Assembly: GCA_046563655.1 (NCBI GenBank) | Contig: CM102286.1 | Span: forward strand, 14,198,001 to 14,262,000 | Direction: 5' to 3' | Source: Yuukianura sp. NJ FZ-2021 | Lineage: Eukaryota | DNA: 64,000 bases | Shown: positions 1-13,277 of the stretch, piece by piece | Layout: each line of letters opens with the position of its first letter | Numbering within the stretch: position 1 is the stretch's first letter | Program-made: the position numbers and the translations under genes | The notes under the pieces: generated by a model | Told to the model about the DNA's origin: nothing | What the model saw: the letters and a program-made list of their open reading frames with translations, nothing else | The model's database searches: none

Positions 1-3000
1 CATCATCATTTTCAAAATGATTGCTCAAAATTTGGCGCCGGACTGTCTGACTTTTTTAAAAAAAAAAGACTCTCCCTACAAAAAAAAAACTTGTCAGTTC
101 TCCTCAAAAAATTTTTGTCGCTAAAAACCACTTCACCTTTTCTCATAATTTTGTTTGTAGTAAACCTGAAATTTGTTTTGAGATTAAATTTGTGAATGCT
201 CAAAAACATCTAATGTATAAACCAGGCATTATTTTTGTGAAAGCTGTCTGACCAAAGTACAGAATGGCGGGGAACTTCAAAAGTTTGAAAAAGTATCACT
301 ATCTTGGTACCTATTTTTCAAAGGTTGTTAGGTTATTCAGAAGCCCTAAATCAAAAAAGGCAGAAAAATTTCGAAACGTGTGAAATTTGAAAAGCAGATG
401 CAAAAACTGTTCATGGTTAGAGAAAGTGGGCACCAAGTTTGCCTTGGACATGGATTTTTGGAGCGAGCTAAAAAGTGAAAGTCGCTTCTGCTCATGCTTT
501 CTCCACTTTCACCGATCTCGGACCTTCTTTCACTTTTTTCTTGCCACTTCCAAGCCTTTTCTTTTCCTCTTCCACTAAAAGTAGAAGCGAAGGATCCCCA
601 AGCCCTTCCTAAGTTCTAGAAGGGGCCTGGAAGGTGAAAGTCTCCACCCAACTTCTTATAGTACTTTATAGTCCTTTCTCCGCCGAAGAAAGTTTTATAG
701 ACGTTTGTCTTATAGGCTCCGACTTCTTCTAGAAGGAGGAGCTAAGGAGACTAAATATTAAGAAAAGCTTCACTTCTGAACGCCTACCATAAAAATCCTC
801 AAAGGTTTCTACTTTCTCCATATTTTCAAAAAAAATCGAATTTCTCCAATCTTGAATCAAAATTTTGAACAATTTTAAATTAAAAGTTTCAAAAGTTAAG
901 GAAATTAGCACAGATTGACCAAAACTTTAACATTTAAGTTCAGTTTTAGATAAAATTTGTACTGTATTTGTTGACTTAAGAACAAGGAAAGTAACTTTTT
1001 AGTAATATCCGCTCCAGAATCCAAATGAATCATTTTTTGACCAATGAGGTGCTTAGATTTTTGCTAATTTGTGTACAATCTCTTTTCCTGCTGCTCTGAT
1101 TAAAAAACCTCCGTTTTTTGTTTATCTTGACTAACTTTTTGTGCTTTTATTGACTTTTGTTACGAAAAGTTGAGGAAATTGAGTGTCGAAAACAACAAAT
1201 TTTTAAAAGTCAATAATTAATCACCTTCTTTGTCACTTTTTTAGTGTTCATGCTTAAAAAATGAGAGTTAAATGTACTTGGATTGATCACTTTTGGAGAT
1301 TAGACGGTTTTGCAGAGAATTTGCGTCATTTGTCAAAATGCTAAAAATGAGTTCACCTGCTTTTTAAAATGTAAAAAGTTGAAGGTTGAGAGTAGTGTAT
1401 CATATCAGCAGGTTTAAAGAATTTTTCTGATCAAATATTAGAAATGGCTTTTTTGATTTGATTTTAGCATTTTGAAGTAACACGTCGTCCAAGCGTTTAG
1501 TGTCAAAAGATAAGTAAAAAAAGTATTGCTCAATTTCCTGCAGAAACAAAAGGTGGGAGGAGAAGATAAAACTTTTTTTGCGAAACTGCGATGGAGGGGT
1601 TTATTTCTGTGAAAAGTAGAACTGTGCAAAAAATTAGCTAAGAAGGTAATGATAACTGGCGTTTTGTGATAACTTTTTGTAGTTTTTGTTTTTTAGACAA
1701 AAGAATTGGTCATAGAAAAAGAATAGAAGTTAAGGTGGCTTATCTCAAGTGGCTTTTCGCAACTCCCTGATATGGTCTCAGCAACTAAAAATGTACTGGA
1801 TGGTCCAAAGGTCAGAGAAACGGAAAAAGTTGAAGCTGTTTCAGTGCTGTAATAGTTTCTATAAGAAGCGGTGCGCTCGCCAAGTCGGATCGAGCGGAGT
1901 TAGTGCTAGCGAAGATAAGATTAAGCTTTCCATAACTTTTGTAGAGCGTGTTTAGTGTAAAAGAGTGAACGGAGGTTCTGGATCCTGGATGGGTGGAGTC
2001 TGAGCCAAAGTCTTATTTTTTGCAAAGTCTTCTTCGGGGAAAACTAGCCAATCCTTGAGACTTTTGGACGAAGCAGTCTCCACTCTCTGCAAACCTAAGC
2101 AGAGGAGAGCCGTGGGTTCGAATCCTGCAAGCCCCACTCTTTTCCACTGCCCATGCAAAACCCACTTCTTCCTTGAGACATGGGCAGAAAGACGGAGAAA
2201 GTTGCAGCTCCAGCTCCAGCCACCAGCGACACAACGCTCGTCCTTTCTTAAGGTCTGGTCCTCCTCTTTCCAAACTCAAATTGTGGAGGCTTAGACAGTC
2301 CACCTTCCAGTCTTCAAACTAAATCTAAGACAGTAGGAGGGAGAAAGGTAGAGAGAAAGGTCTTAAGACAACAGCCTATTGCACTTGAGACTTAGAAACA
2401 AAAAGAGAGTCGAGGGATCGCTTCCAGCCAGGAGTAAAATCATACCAGCAGGATTCCAGTCTCTTTTGAATCTATAAAAGTCATTCGGCACCAATTTCAA
2501 CAGAGAAGGTAAGCAGACGCGTTTGACTGCTATAAAAAAAAGTTCTCTTTTTTCTGCTTTCACTTTTTTTTTGAACTTTCTCTCCCACTCGGTTGAGTTC
2601 CGCCTGTTTTTGAGTATAAAAGGAACTTTGAATTTGGGTTTAACGGCATTTTGTGTTTAGAGTTTTTTAGAAGCGTTTTGAACTTAGCGTTTAGTTCATA
2701 TTTGAACATGTACAACTCAAAACGAGTTTTCGAATTCACATTTTTTCCTTAAAAATTTGAATTTTGTGATGAATGTTTTGAAAAAATTGAATTCCAAAAG
2801 TGTGTATCTAGAAATTAAGGTTAGTCGAAGTACTTATGCTATTCTGATCTAAAAATCAGGAAAAACAATTTTTGAAAAAGTAGATTTTAAACTTTAGTTT
2901 TGAGTGGCATTTTTGGTTTCAAACATAAAGTTTTGACTTTGGAAGAAAAAAAAATTCAACTGTATTGAAACCTAAACGAAGAGATTTTGGAAACTGAACG

Positions 3001-6000
3001 AAATCGTTAGTTTAAAAAACTTGTAATATGTTTGGCATTGTTGAAATTGACGAAAGCCAGAGTCAGTAAGATGGTTATCTAAGAACGGAATTCGACACTT
3101 CCAGAGATAAAAAAACGAAAACATTCTTTGTAGCTGTTCTCGTCTGTTTCTCTGTAATTAAATATGATACAGAGGGGGGCGTTTACTTTTCACAGAATTG
3201 TTGGGTAGATGGACTTTTAATGGGGTAGTACATGCGTCCACTTCCAGAAAAAAGAGAGTCCAAACACTTCATCTCTCATTTTTCCTTTCAATTTCCGTCG
3301 TAGTCGTCGTAAACAGTTTCTGCGGATGTGGACACGGAAAATTTCATTTCTATTTCAGATCTCTGAGATCCCTTTGTCTAAAATTTACCTGGTTGATCCT
3401 GCCCGTGATCATCACAATTGTTTACTTGCAACTCTTAGTTTGCTCTAATATGCACGACTTCCTTCCGAAAGCCTAGTTTACGTTAGGTTTTGGACCCCTT
3501 CTTCCTCTTCATTTTTTAAATCAGGGCTTTAACATCCGCACCAAGCCCTAATCTCATCTTTGTAAAACTTTAAAAAGTATCTCAGTCTCAGCAGGTAGGT
3601 TCGCTTTTTAAAAAGTCCCACCCTGCTTTTCATCCCCCTCTTTTACTTAACCTGTCTTCCTGTCAGTTCACTTCCTCCCTCGACAGTTTCATGGGACAAA
3701 AGAACAGGAAGGAAGTGGGTAGAAGAAACATTTCCCACTGAAACTATTCTAAAATAGTTTAGGTTGGCCATTAAAAGCTCCAGATCTAGCTTTTTCCACT
3801 GGGTGTGTCTCATTATTGTTAGACTTGAGATATGAGTAAAGCAAAGCAAGGTGTGGAGAGATTTCTAAACCTAGAGGATACTAAACTCTAATGTAAAAGA
3901 GTGACTAGTCTCTAGTCAGTTCCTCACACTAGCCCCCCTTCTCATTTTTGAGGTGGAGAATAATAGGAGTTTTAGATTGGACGAAATATGACAAGGAGGA
4001 AGGAGGTTTGCTTTTCATGCAAAAATCTCCTTTTTCTGGAAAAGATGAGAAACAAACGATTAGATTAGAAGTTTCCGCTTCAGGCTGAGGTTTAGTCCAC
4101 CTCGTTCTGATTGAGTTTAGTTTTGGTGTCACTTCCAGTCTCAACTGTCTCACCTTTTCATCAGGACGTCTTTTGCGTAGCCTCTGCGTCATCATAGTCT
4201 CAACTCACCCCACAAACTGAAACCGCCTAATTCAAAAACATTTTGAACAAGAAGACTTTCTACTTAAGAGTAAGTTGACAACTTTCCCCCACTTTCTCCC
4301 TACTTAACTTACTAACCTCAATTTTCCCCCGCTTTTCCCCTAAATCCGATCATCATCTCTTCACTTTCCCCTAAACTTTCTCCGTTCTACCCGGATTTCT
4401 CGCGTTTCAGTTTCACTTTCCAGTGTCTCACTTTCCCCCAGTTTTCACCCGCATTTTGTCTTTTCTCTCAAAGATTGACTTTTCGCCTAACAGTGTTGTT
4501 TTGAGGGAGAGAAATTTCTTGTTGCTTTCTACTTTCTCCCAAGCTCCTAAAGTTTATTGACCAAAATAAACCTTGTACAGTTTTCGGTTAGGTTTAGTTT
4601 TAGGTTAGGCTGACTTTTAGGTTATGTTTGTACTTTATTTGATCAGAGACGAAAGGCATAAGGCGTGTGTTAAAGGGCGGATGGTCAGAGGAGGAAGAAG
4701 GCTTTTGCAGCTCTCCGAATCGATTTTCCTTTTACTTTGTTTTATGTCCCGTATCATTCAAAAGTAAAACTAAAACCAGCTCCGTCTCCAGATAGTTAAC
4801 CAAAAACGTAAGGGAAAGTACATGTGTGTACTGTGTTTGAAGAAGCGATGAAAATTTAGGCGTAGGTTAACCAGTCTAACCCCATTTGCCATGAAGAAAC
4901 TGGATATTACAAGGGAGAGCCCTTAAGTCCCCTTTGAAAATTAAAGGGACCCTGAAGAAAGGGGTCCTCTTTTGAACAAATAAAACTTTCTAAAACTTAT
5001 TCTCCTCTTCTTTTTCATTTCCCTGCGCCTTTAATCCTCCTTCTTTTGTTATTCCGAGTCAGATGGGCTAGCGTTCTGCCTGGCTCGTGCCGAAAAAAAC
5101 TTTTTCCATCAAGAGAAAAGCGAAAGGAGCGGAGGGCCCTTCGCCTCCCTAAGTATAAGGGCCCCCTTTAGGGTCTTGGTCTCTCTCTCCAGAAAAAAAA
5201 GAGGGTTTTATTGGGGTCCTTCATTGTAAAAGAAATCGATGAAAGGAAGACTTTCCCCTTCTCCTTCCAGATGGTCGTGGGTTCGATTCAAGCCAGAGCC
5301 TCATTTTCTTTTGTACTTCATTCAGGCACTAACTAGTCATAAGGGAAAGATCGGCAGACGCTCAAGGTACCCCCGCTCCCTTCCAAGTCCCCCCTCTTTC
5401 TCGTTTGAAGGGGGGCCCTTACACTTTCCCTGAATCCTCATGGATGTTCCCAAGGTTCCTACAGTAACAATATATTTCCCTTAACAAGTTAGGCAATAAG
5501 TCCCACTTCCAAAAAAATATCTCCCCAATTTTTTTTTCACCCAAAGTTGTTTATCGCTCGTTGTGTACAAAAATGTAAAAGTTTACATGAAATTGAACGT
5601 CCAAAATTAATTAAAAAAAAACTCGATTTCCAAAAATTGCCCAGGAAAAGACAGTTGCCGTGACTGTCTTTTCATTTTTGGAATTTTCGGGGGAAAAAAA
5701 TAGAAAAGCGGCTTATTGCCTAACCTTTTCAAGAAAAAACTATTTTTTTGTTTATGGACCCTGCTCTTCCCTGAATTTGAAAAATGCCGCTGTGCCACAC
5801 TTTTCCTTTGGATCTTTACTATATTAAGGGGAGGGGGTACTTTTTCCAGTAGAGCGCGAGCCTTCAAATCGTGCGACGCTCACTTCCTTCAGCATTTGGC
5901 GAAGTTCAAAAAAAAAGTTTAGTGGTTCGAATTTTTTTTTTTTTGGATGGGCAGATGTTTTGAAAATCGGAAGAAGGAATGATGATGATGATGGTTGTGA

Positions 6001-8406
6001 TGAGGGGGAAGCCAAAACTTAATCTAGAAGAATAAGTGTTATGTGTTAGACCAGAAATGTAGCACAGGGAAGATAAAATTTGAAAAAATGGCGCTTCTGA
6101 AAAGCTAAGCGTCAAAAAAGTAGAGCACACCGCCGCCGCTACTCGATTATCCTCTTTTTCTTCTTTGTTTGAGCCAAACAAGACAAAACAAAGACAAAAT
6201 CCAATCTTTTTTTGTTTGTAATTTAAAAAAAGATATTAAAGGCCATTGCTATGTAACAGTGTTGAGATTTTAGAAAAGTGGAACATTTCAAAAAAAAGTT
6301 TGTGCCACTTTTAACTTTTTAATTCAACAAAAAGATAGAGATTACGGAATGCTGTGACAGAACTACTATGTAGGTTAGATTTACCTTAACTTTTCAATTT
6401 AACCTAAATTTAATGTAATCCTTTGAAGTTTTAAGATTTTTTTGTTTTGGTTTTCATTTTGGTTTTGAAAAACAACTCTTGAGGTTTTTCCGGAAAAGGT
6501 TTTCTGTTAAAAAGAAAAGTGTTTGTTGACTTTCTTAATGTCTCGTCTTGTCCTGGTGGGTCGCCAGTTCGATTCCCAGTTAAGGTGAACTTTTTGTGCA
6601 AACAAACCTAACCCTACCACCACCATCCCCTATAATTTGAGCCTTCTTCCAGGTGCAGGCAGTTTTCTTGTTTGCAAGAACTGTCTTACCCCCCCCCCCC
6701 TCTTCTGATGGGGGGGGGAGCTAATCTAAAGTGTCTTAAGACAATATAAAATATACTTTGACCTTTGACCCCTAACATGTCACTTCCTGATTATTATTTA
6801 ATGTGTGACATTGTATGGCGTGGCGGGAGAGGGTAAAATTAGATGATCAAAAATTCTAAAACGAAGCGTGAAACCCTGCAATTATGTTTTGTGTTCAGAT
6901 TATTCCAAAAATCGAAATTCATAAATCCTGCATCATTTTTCAAACCCTAGTTGTGTATTATATGCATCGAAAATGCACCGAGTGTAAACATTTCAAAATT
7001 TGAATTTTTAAAACTTGAAAAAAAGCAAAATCAAACTTTCACTTTTAGAATTTTAAGGAAAAAGTGAGGAAGTTACTTTTTAAAACAAAAACTTTTGTAA
7101 ATTCAAGTTAGTATGCACGATGAGCGGGTTTTTGAAAAAATGAAATTCGTTCCGTTAAGGCATCGTCTCGTGTTTCAACCTTCAACGACTTTGAAAATTC
7201 AAAATTTTTAGAACAGTTGTTTAAGAGTTTGCTCAAGCATTGTACTGGACACGGCGCCTTTTGTTAAACTTATCCTCAGAAGTGGATCTTAAGAAATTTT
7301 AAGCAAAGTCATTGTTCAAAAAAACTTTTTTGAAATGCGGGTGAGGTTTTTGAATTTTTCAACGGACAAAATGTTGCGTAAAAGAAAACGGAAGAAACTT
7401 TTTCATTCAAAACGAGTTTCCGTTGAGGAAGAGGAACTTGAAGATATCTTGAATCTTTCTTTTGTTGTTTCCTCTTGCTCAAGGGAATGCCAAGGCACTA
7501 GTTAGATAAGAAGGCCCTTCATTGAACAACTTTTTTTGAAATTTTGAAATTTTGATCCGTTGGAGGAAGTAACTACTAAGACTTTAACACTCCTCCAAAA
7601 CTTCCTTTTGTTCCGTTGAATCTTACGGAAGAAAATGGAAATCTTCGTCCGTTGGAAATTCCGGAACTCGTTTCGTCTTTTCTTTTCTTGAGCGTGAGAA
7701 TTTCAGGAACAAAAAGTTTAAAGAGGGGCCCTTTAAAATTTACTTTCAACAGGGAGCCCTTAATAGCTTTTTCTTCACGGACTCAAAAGAAAACCGGAAT
7801 TATTACTAAGGTTTTCAATGGAAGAAGAAGAATAAGGAACAAGGGGGTCTTAGAAGATTGTCTTGAGGCAGAAAACTTGGGGAGCCCTTGAAGGAAAAAT
7901 TTTCTTGGGGGGACCCTTCAAAAAGTTTTTGTTTCCTACAGTGCCATTTCAATTTTTTTGTTCCTTGCAGGTAAGAAGCGGAAGGAAGTGAAATCGGGAA
8001 CCGCAGCAAAGCGTGTACTGTATGACTCACGAGGAAGAACCATAAGCCGCCTAGCCTTAAAGCACCGGTCCTTTAAAAAGTACCCTCAAAACGGAAGTAA
8101 GGGCCGGAGGACTTGAAGGGATTCTTCAATGAATGAAAACTTTACCTTTGGCAGCACGCTCACTTCCCTTAGCCTAAGGGCCCTCCGAAGACTTTAAACT
8201 TCAGAGCCATATACTTCCTCTGTCGTGAGCCAAGCGTGTAACCTTACTGTTAAAGGGCCCCCTACACTAACATTTCAAGGGACCCTTAAGGCCTACTTCC
8301 GAAGAGAGCACGAGACACTTTTGGTTAGGTTTTGGGGGAAGCCCTTAGAGACGCTATTTTTTGTTAGTTCCTTGGACGCTTTAATTTCCAAGGCATCTGT
8401 CCCTTG

Positions 8407-11400
8407 ATGACGAGCTACAGTGGGGCTAAGGGCTCCTCCGAAGTGCCCTACTACCATCCAGGGCCCTCAGCGTCTGAAGACAACAACAACAATAACCACG
8501 GACGGAGACATTCGCAGGATTCGCGCCGAAGTAGCAACTGCGCAGGCCCCCCTCTCCTCCCCTTTACAATGGGCCCAACAATGGGCCAAACCTTGGGCCC
8601 AGCATCTGCACCGAACAATGGGCTTAGCAGCAGCCACTCGCCAAGATCCAGCAGCAGTCATCGCTCACCGTCTCAGTCGTCAGTGCCTTTCAGCCCTCCT
8701 TACACGTCTCCCCAGCATCTCTTCCAGTCAATTGCTGCAGTCGCTGCAAGTTCGAATGCTGCCGCTGCAGCCGCTGCTGCTGCTGCTAAGCGTACTCGCC
8801 ACCGTGTAGATGCCGGTGAACCGCGTGGGTGCTTCCAACAAAACTTCTACAGTAGTTACGAAACCAAAATGCTAACAGACTATAATCAGCAACTCTTGCG
8901 AGAAATGCTTGTGTCCAAAATTGGATTTGAAGAAGACGTTAAAGTCAACGGCTGCAAAAAACGAAAGTTGTACCAACCAGTCAAAAACGAAAATCCACCA
9001 ATCGGAACATCCAACAGAGACGGTAAGCCAAAAAAAAAATTGTCATTTTTCAAAGTAATAAGAAAATTTTAAGCAAGAAACAGAAAAAATAAGAAAATTT
9101 TTTGTTCGAATTTTTGCCTTTAGGAAAATTCGAGTTTTCCTGGTTGCATATTTCTAACTTTTTTAAAATTTTATCCGCCGAATTTTTTAAAAATTTTTCC
9201 AAGGAAAGAAAAATAAGTGGGCGCTTTTTTTAAAATTTCGCCAGTTTTAGTTTTTTTTTATTCAGTTTTCCTTTGTGCTTGTTTAAAAACGATAAAAATT
9301 TTTGGAAATTGAAATTTCGAAATTCTCCTCTTTTTTGAGTTTGGGTGGAGTGGAAATTGTCTTAGTGTTTGGGGAGCGAGTCTTAATTAATCGTTAATCG
9401 TCAGGTTAATTAGAAAGATGATGAAATGGATCTGACAGGGAAAGTGCTTGGGCAAGGTTCTCGCCTTTTCCCTTGTAAAATTTAATTCTCTTAATAAGAC
9501 TTTCCAATTACTAAAACTTTAGAAGAAGGGAGAGAGAAAACTTAGGGAGAAAACGGAAAAGTAACTTTTAGACTCCTGCACCTTCAACAGAAAAAAGAGA
9601 AACTGTTTAATTGAAACGAAGGTACATAAGGTGGTGGGCCTTAATTAATTAGGAACCAAACACGGAAGAAAAGTCTTGTCTTTCTCAAAGGAAAAACAAA
9701 TGTCTCTCCTACATGCAATGAGGGCGATAGATTTACAACCTCCATAACCTAACATCCTTAGCTTCTTCTTGTTATCTTCCTACACACTTTCACTTCACTC
9801 ACTTTCACTTTTAGAAAACTCAAAAAAACCGGACACACACACCAACACTACTTCAATAAAAATAGAAACAACGGAGAAACAAGTCAGGAAAAGAGAAAGT
9901 TTGTAAACAAGTCAACAGACTTGCGCTGTCATCTTCAGTAGATCAACATTGGACAAATAAAGAGTCTGAGTGATATACGCATTTAGTTGTTCCAAAAAAA
10001 ACGGACACAGTTAGTGGGAATCGTACCCCCACCCCCGTTTCCTGGGTAGGACGCACTAACCAGACCACTAGAAACTCAAAGACGTAAAATGTCATACATG
10101 GGCGTCGGAATTGCTTAGAAAAGAAGCGGGAACCAACAAGTTGACTTTTTTGCTGTCAATAATCAATAGACTGCTGCGGAATGGGCCTCGAAGGCAGACA
10201 AAGTTTGAGCGTTTGAAGAGGGAGAGGCTGATGAGTGGCTTTGATTTTCAAAGGGTCTAATTTCCCTACCTTTCACCACCGACTTTCTCCACTTTCTTCA
10301 TCCATTTCAAGGGAAAATTTAGTTGTAGACTGAAAATGTTGTAGAATTATTTTACAAGACAAAAGACTCTGCATTTGCCCAATTCTTACACTGTCATTAG
10401 CACAGTCCAATTTAAACATGTAACATGGAATCAAATTTTCTAAGATGAAGTCACATACACACATGCACAAAGCAAGATCGATTGTTCAATTATTTCCTGC
10501 CATTCTGAGGATCTAATTGCAACGACAAGGTGTTAATTATAAGGTTCAAATTTTGGAACCAAATTGGGCGGCAAACTCTCTGTACTTTCAAATTTTGAAA
10601 TTTTGAATCTCGCACTCCCTAATACTTTAAGCTTGAGTCAAAAAAAAGTAAAGTAGCTTTTTTAGTTAAAAAAAATTAAGTTGGTTGCAAATTTTAGTTT
10701 GAAATACCTTAGAAATATGGAATTTTTTTAGAAAGACAGGGATATTTTTTTTTGAAAATCAAAGGTCAAAGGTCACTCAATTTTTTTTGTACTTGTTAGG
10801 TGGGTCACCCGGACCACAACAAGGCATCATGCTTCCAAATCATCGTCGAGAACACACACCACCCCTTACCAACGGCAATTCTTGGGGAAGCCACCCCCTG
10901 CCACCCCACCTCCGAGCCACCCCCCTCCAGCAACAACTTCAGCAACACCCCATGTCCCCACCACCCCCCTCCTTCCCCCACCAAATCCCATTTCAATGGA
11001 AAGAAACCTTCAAGAACAACATCTTAGCCACAATTGGAGACTTAATCGACGCCCAGTTCGCTGCATGGAACCAGCTCAAAGATTCACCCCTCCTCAACCT
11101 CCCCCCACAGCAACCCCCACCCCCTCGCATCCAAGTTCCCACCCCCCAACTCCCCCTGCCACCTCAGCAAGTCCCCCCACCCCCCAGGAACTTCTTCCCC
11201 TCAGTCACAATGCGACAACAACCCCCACCCCTGTCTCCCCCCTACCCACCCCCTACGGACTCCCCCCTCTCGCTGGTCATGACCCCCAACACTAAGAAAA
11301 AGCGTCACAAAGTCACCGATACGCGACTTACGCCCAGGAATGTCCTGAAACTGGATGATGACGAAAAGTATTTTGGGAAGTATGACGTCAGCCCACCAGC

Positions 11401-12598
11401 CAGCTTGAATGACTTTGTAAATAGTCAGTTGGATGATCAACAGAGTGATGACACGGAGTTGAGTGGCGGGAATGAGGGGACGATTCGAAGTAGTGACGGA
11501 GCCAGTCCATGGTCAACTAATGGAGGTCAGTAAAAAAAAATTTCAAAAAAAAAAACGGGTTTTTTGGAAAAGTTGAGAAAAATGTGTTTTATGGCGTCAT
11601 TTTGTCTCTGCAGGAATTTCCTCCACGCTGACTCCAATGCATTTGCGGAAAGCAAAACTAATGTTTTTCTGGGTTCGCTACCCCTCCTCTTCGGTCCTCA
11701 AAATGTACTTTCCAGATATCAAGTTCAACAAGAACAATACAGCACAGTTAGTCAAGTGGTTTAGCAATTTTAGGTGAGCTTTTTCAAAAAAAAAGTTCGA
11801 AAAAAATTTTTTTTGAATGTTTTCTAGATTTTGGTTTTTGGATTTTTACACATTTTGGTTTTTGAAAATGTAGGGAGTTTTACTACATTCAAATGGAAAA
11901 GTTTGCTAGAGCTGCCCTGGCTGAGCGAGTCAAATCTGCTGAGGATATCCATATTACGACTGATTCCGATTTGTATCGTCTACTCAACCAGCATTACAAT
12001 AGGAACAATCATATTGAGGTAAATTGTGAGAAATTTTGAGTTTTTGGTTTCGAAATTGTGATTTTGAAATGATTTATAAGGTTTTTGGTTTTTTAAAATC
12101 AGGTTCCGTCTAATTTTCGTTACGTTGTTGAACAAACTCTACGAGAATTTTTTAAAGCAATACAAAATGGGAAAGATGCAGAACAGAGTTGGAAGAAAAC
12201 TATTTACAAGGTATGAAAATTCTTGTAACTCATAAAACAACATTTTATTTTGAGTTTTTTGCTTTTGTATTTTCAAAATTTTGACTTTTACTTTTTTGGT
12301 TTTGTATGATCGAGTCCTGATTAATTTTTTCATTTTTTTATGATTTGTCNNNNNNNNNNNNNNNNNNNNNNNNNNNNNNNNNNNNNNNNNNNNNNNNNNN
12401 NNNNNNNNNNNNNNNNNNNNNNNNNNNNNNNNNNNNNNNNNNNNNNNNNAAAATTTTGACTTTTTTGGTTTTATACGATCGAGTCCTGATTAATTTTTTC
12501 ATTTTTTTTATGATTTGTCAAAGCAGATCATTGCTCGATTGGATGACCCAGTTCCAGAAAATTTCAAGCGGGCTGAATTTTTGGAAACCTTGGAATGA
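8407..12598 (+). CDS. pros: Prospero homeobox transcription factor, ~608 aa; exons 8407-9022, 10800-11525, 11614-11773, 11874-12018, 12103-12210, 12527-12598
   Basis: Spliced translation gives the homeo-prospero domain ([24 protein letters not shown]...[29 protein letters not shown]...[22 protein letters not shown]) and conserved Pros motifs [18 protein letters not shown] and [24 protein letters not shown]. All introns are GT-AG with consistent phases. Extra exons in 9023-10799 are not excluded. Confidence 0.95.
12350..12449. other. Assembly gap (100 N) in the last prospero intron
   Basis: Run of N. About 70 bp on each side are near-identical (aaaattttgac...cgagtcctgattaattttttcattttttatgatttgtc), suggesting overlapping haplotype contig ends. 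Confidence 0.95.
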
Positions 12599-13191
12599 AA
12601 ATTTTCAAAAAATTTTTTTTCGAAAAGAGGTCACGAGGTCATCTTAACTCTTCCAGTCGCAGAGATTTGTAAAAGAGATGCAACACTTTTGTTGTCACTT
12701 TGTTTAGTCCACTAAAAAGTCAATCTGCAAAATCCAGAGTCATTTTTACCAACGGTACAACAAAAGCAAAATTTAACTTAATTTTTAATTAAGTAAAACC
12801 TACTTTCATTTAAAAAAAAAACTCTTGTGAAATTCAAAATTTCGAATTGAAATGATTCCAAAGAGAATTCCAATAATTAAGAGACTAAAATTCAGAATTA
12901 GAGCCAAAGTTCTTCCTGATTTCCATTCCAGTTTTAAACTTCTCCAGTATTAAGTTAGTTTTAGACTAAGGTTAAGGTCAAGGTCATTGACCTTGTTGTT
13001 GGACCTAGCTAAAGGTCAACCTAGAGTTAGCCCTGTTAAGGGATGAAAACATTTCAATGCTAAACTTTATTTAACCTAAATTATACGTTAACTTTAAGTT
13101 ATACGTTGCATTCCAAAAAATTCCACTTTGATTCTAAGTCACAGTCATGAACTAATTTATTTGCACGCACCCTCCTTGAAAGTGTAATATC

Positions 13192-13277
13192 AGTAATTAC
13201 TTTGAAGTAATTAGTAATTACTAGCAATTACTAATTACAATTACTAATTAATTAGTAATTACTAATTACAAGTAATT
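13192..13277. repeat. Palindromic (G)TAATTA(C) low-complexity cluster downstream of the pros stop
   Basis: About ten overlapping taatta/gtaattac units. Confidence 0.7.

Noticed and set aside
2040..2140. tRNA gene
   Set aside because: Only a T-arm/B-box is present; no acceptor, D or anticodon stems can be formed.
11460..11645. U12/U2 twintron known from Drosophila prospero
   Set aside because: No ATATCC 5' site upstream of the GT donor, and the His codon of PMH is CAT, so I see no matching AC acceptor; only a plain GT-AG intron is visible.
12275..12520. ~70-bp direct repeat around the N gap
   Set aside because: Best explained as an unmerged haplotype overlap, not a biological repeat.
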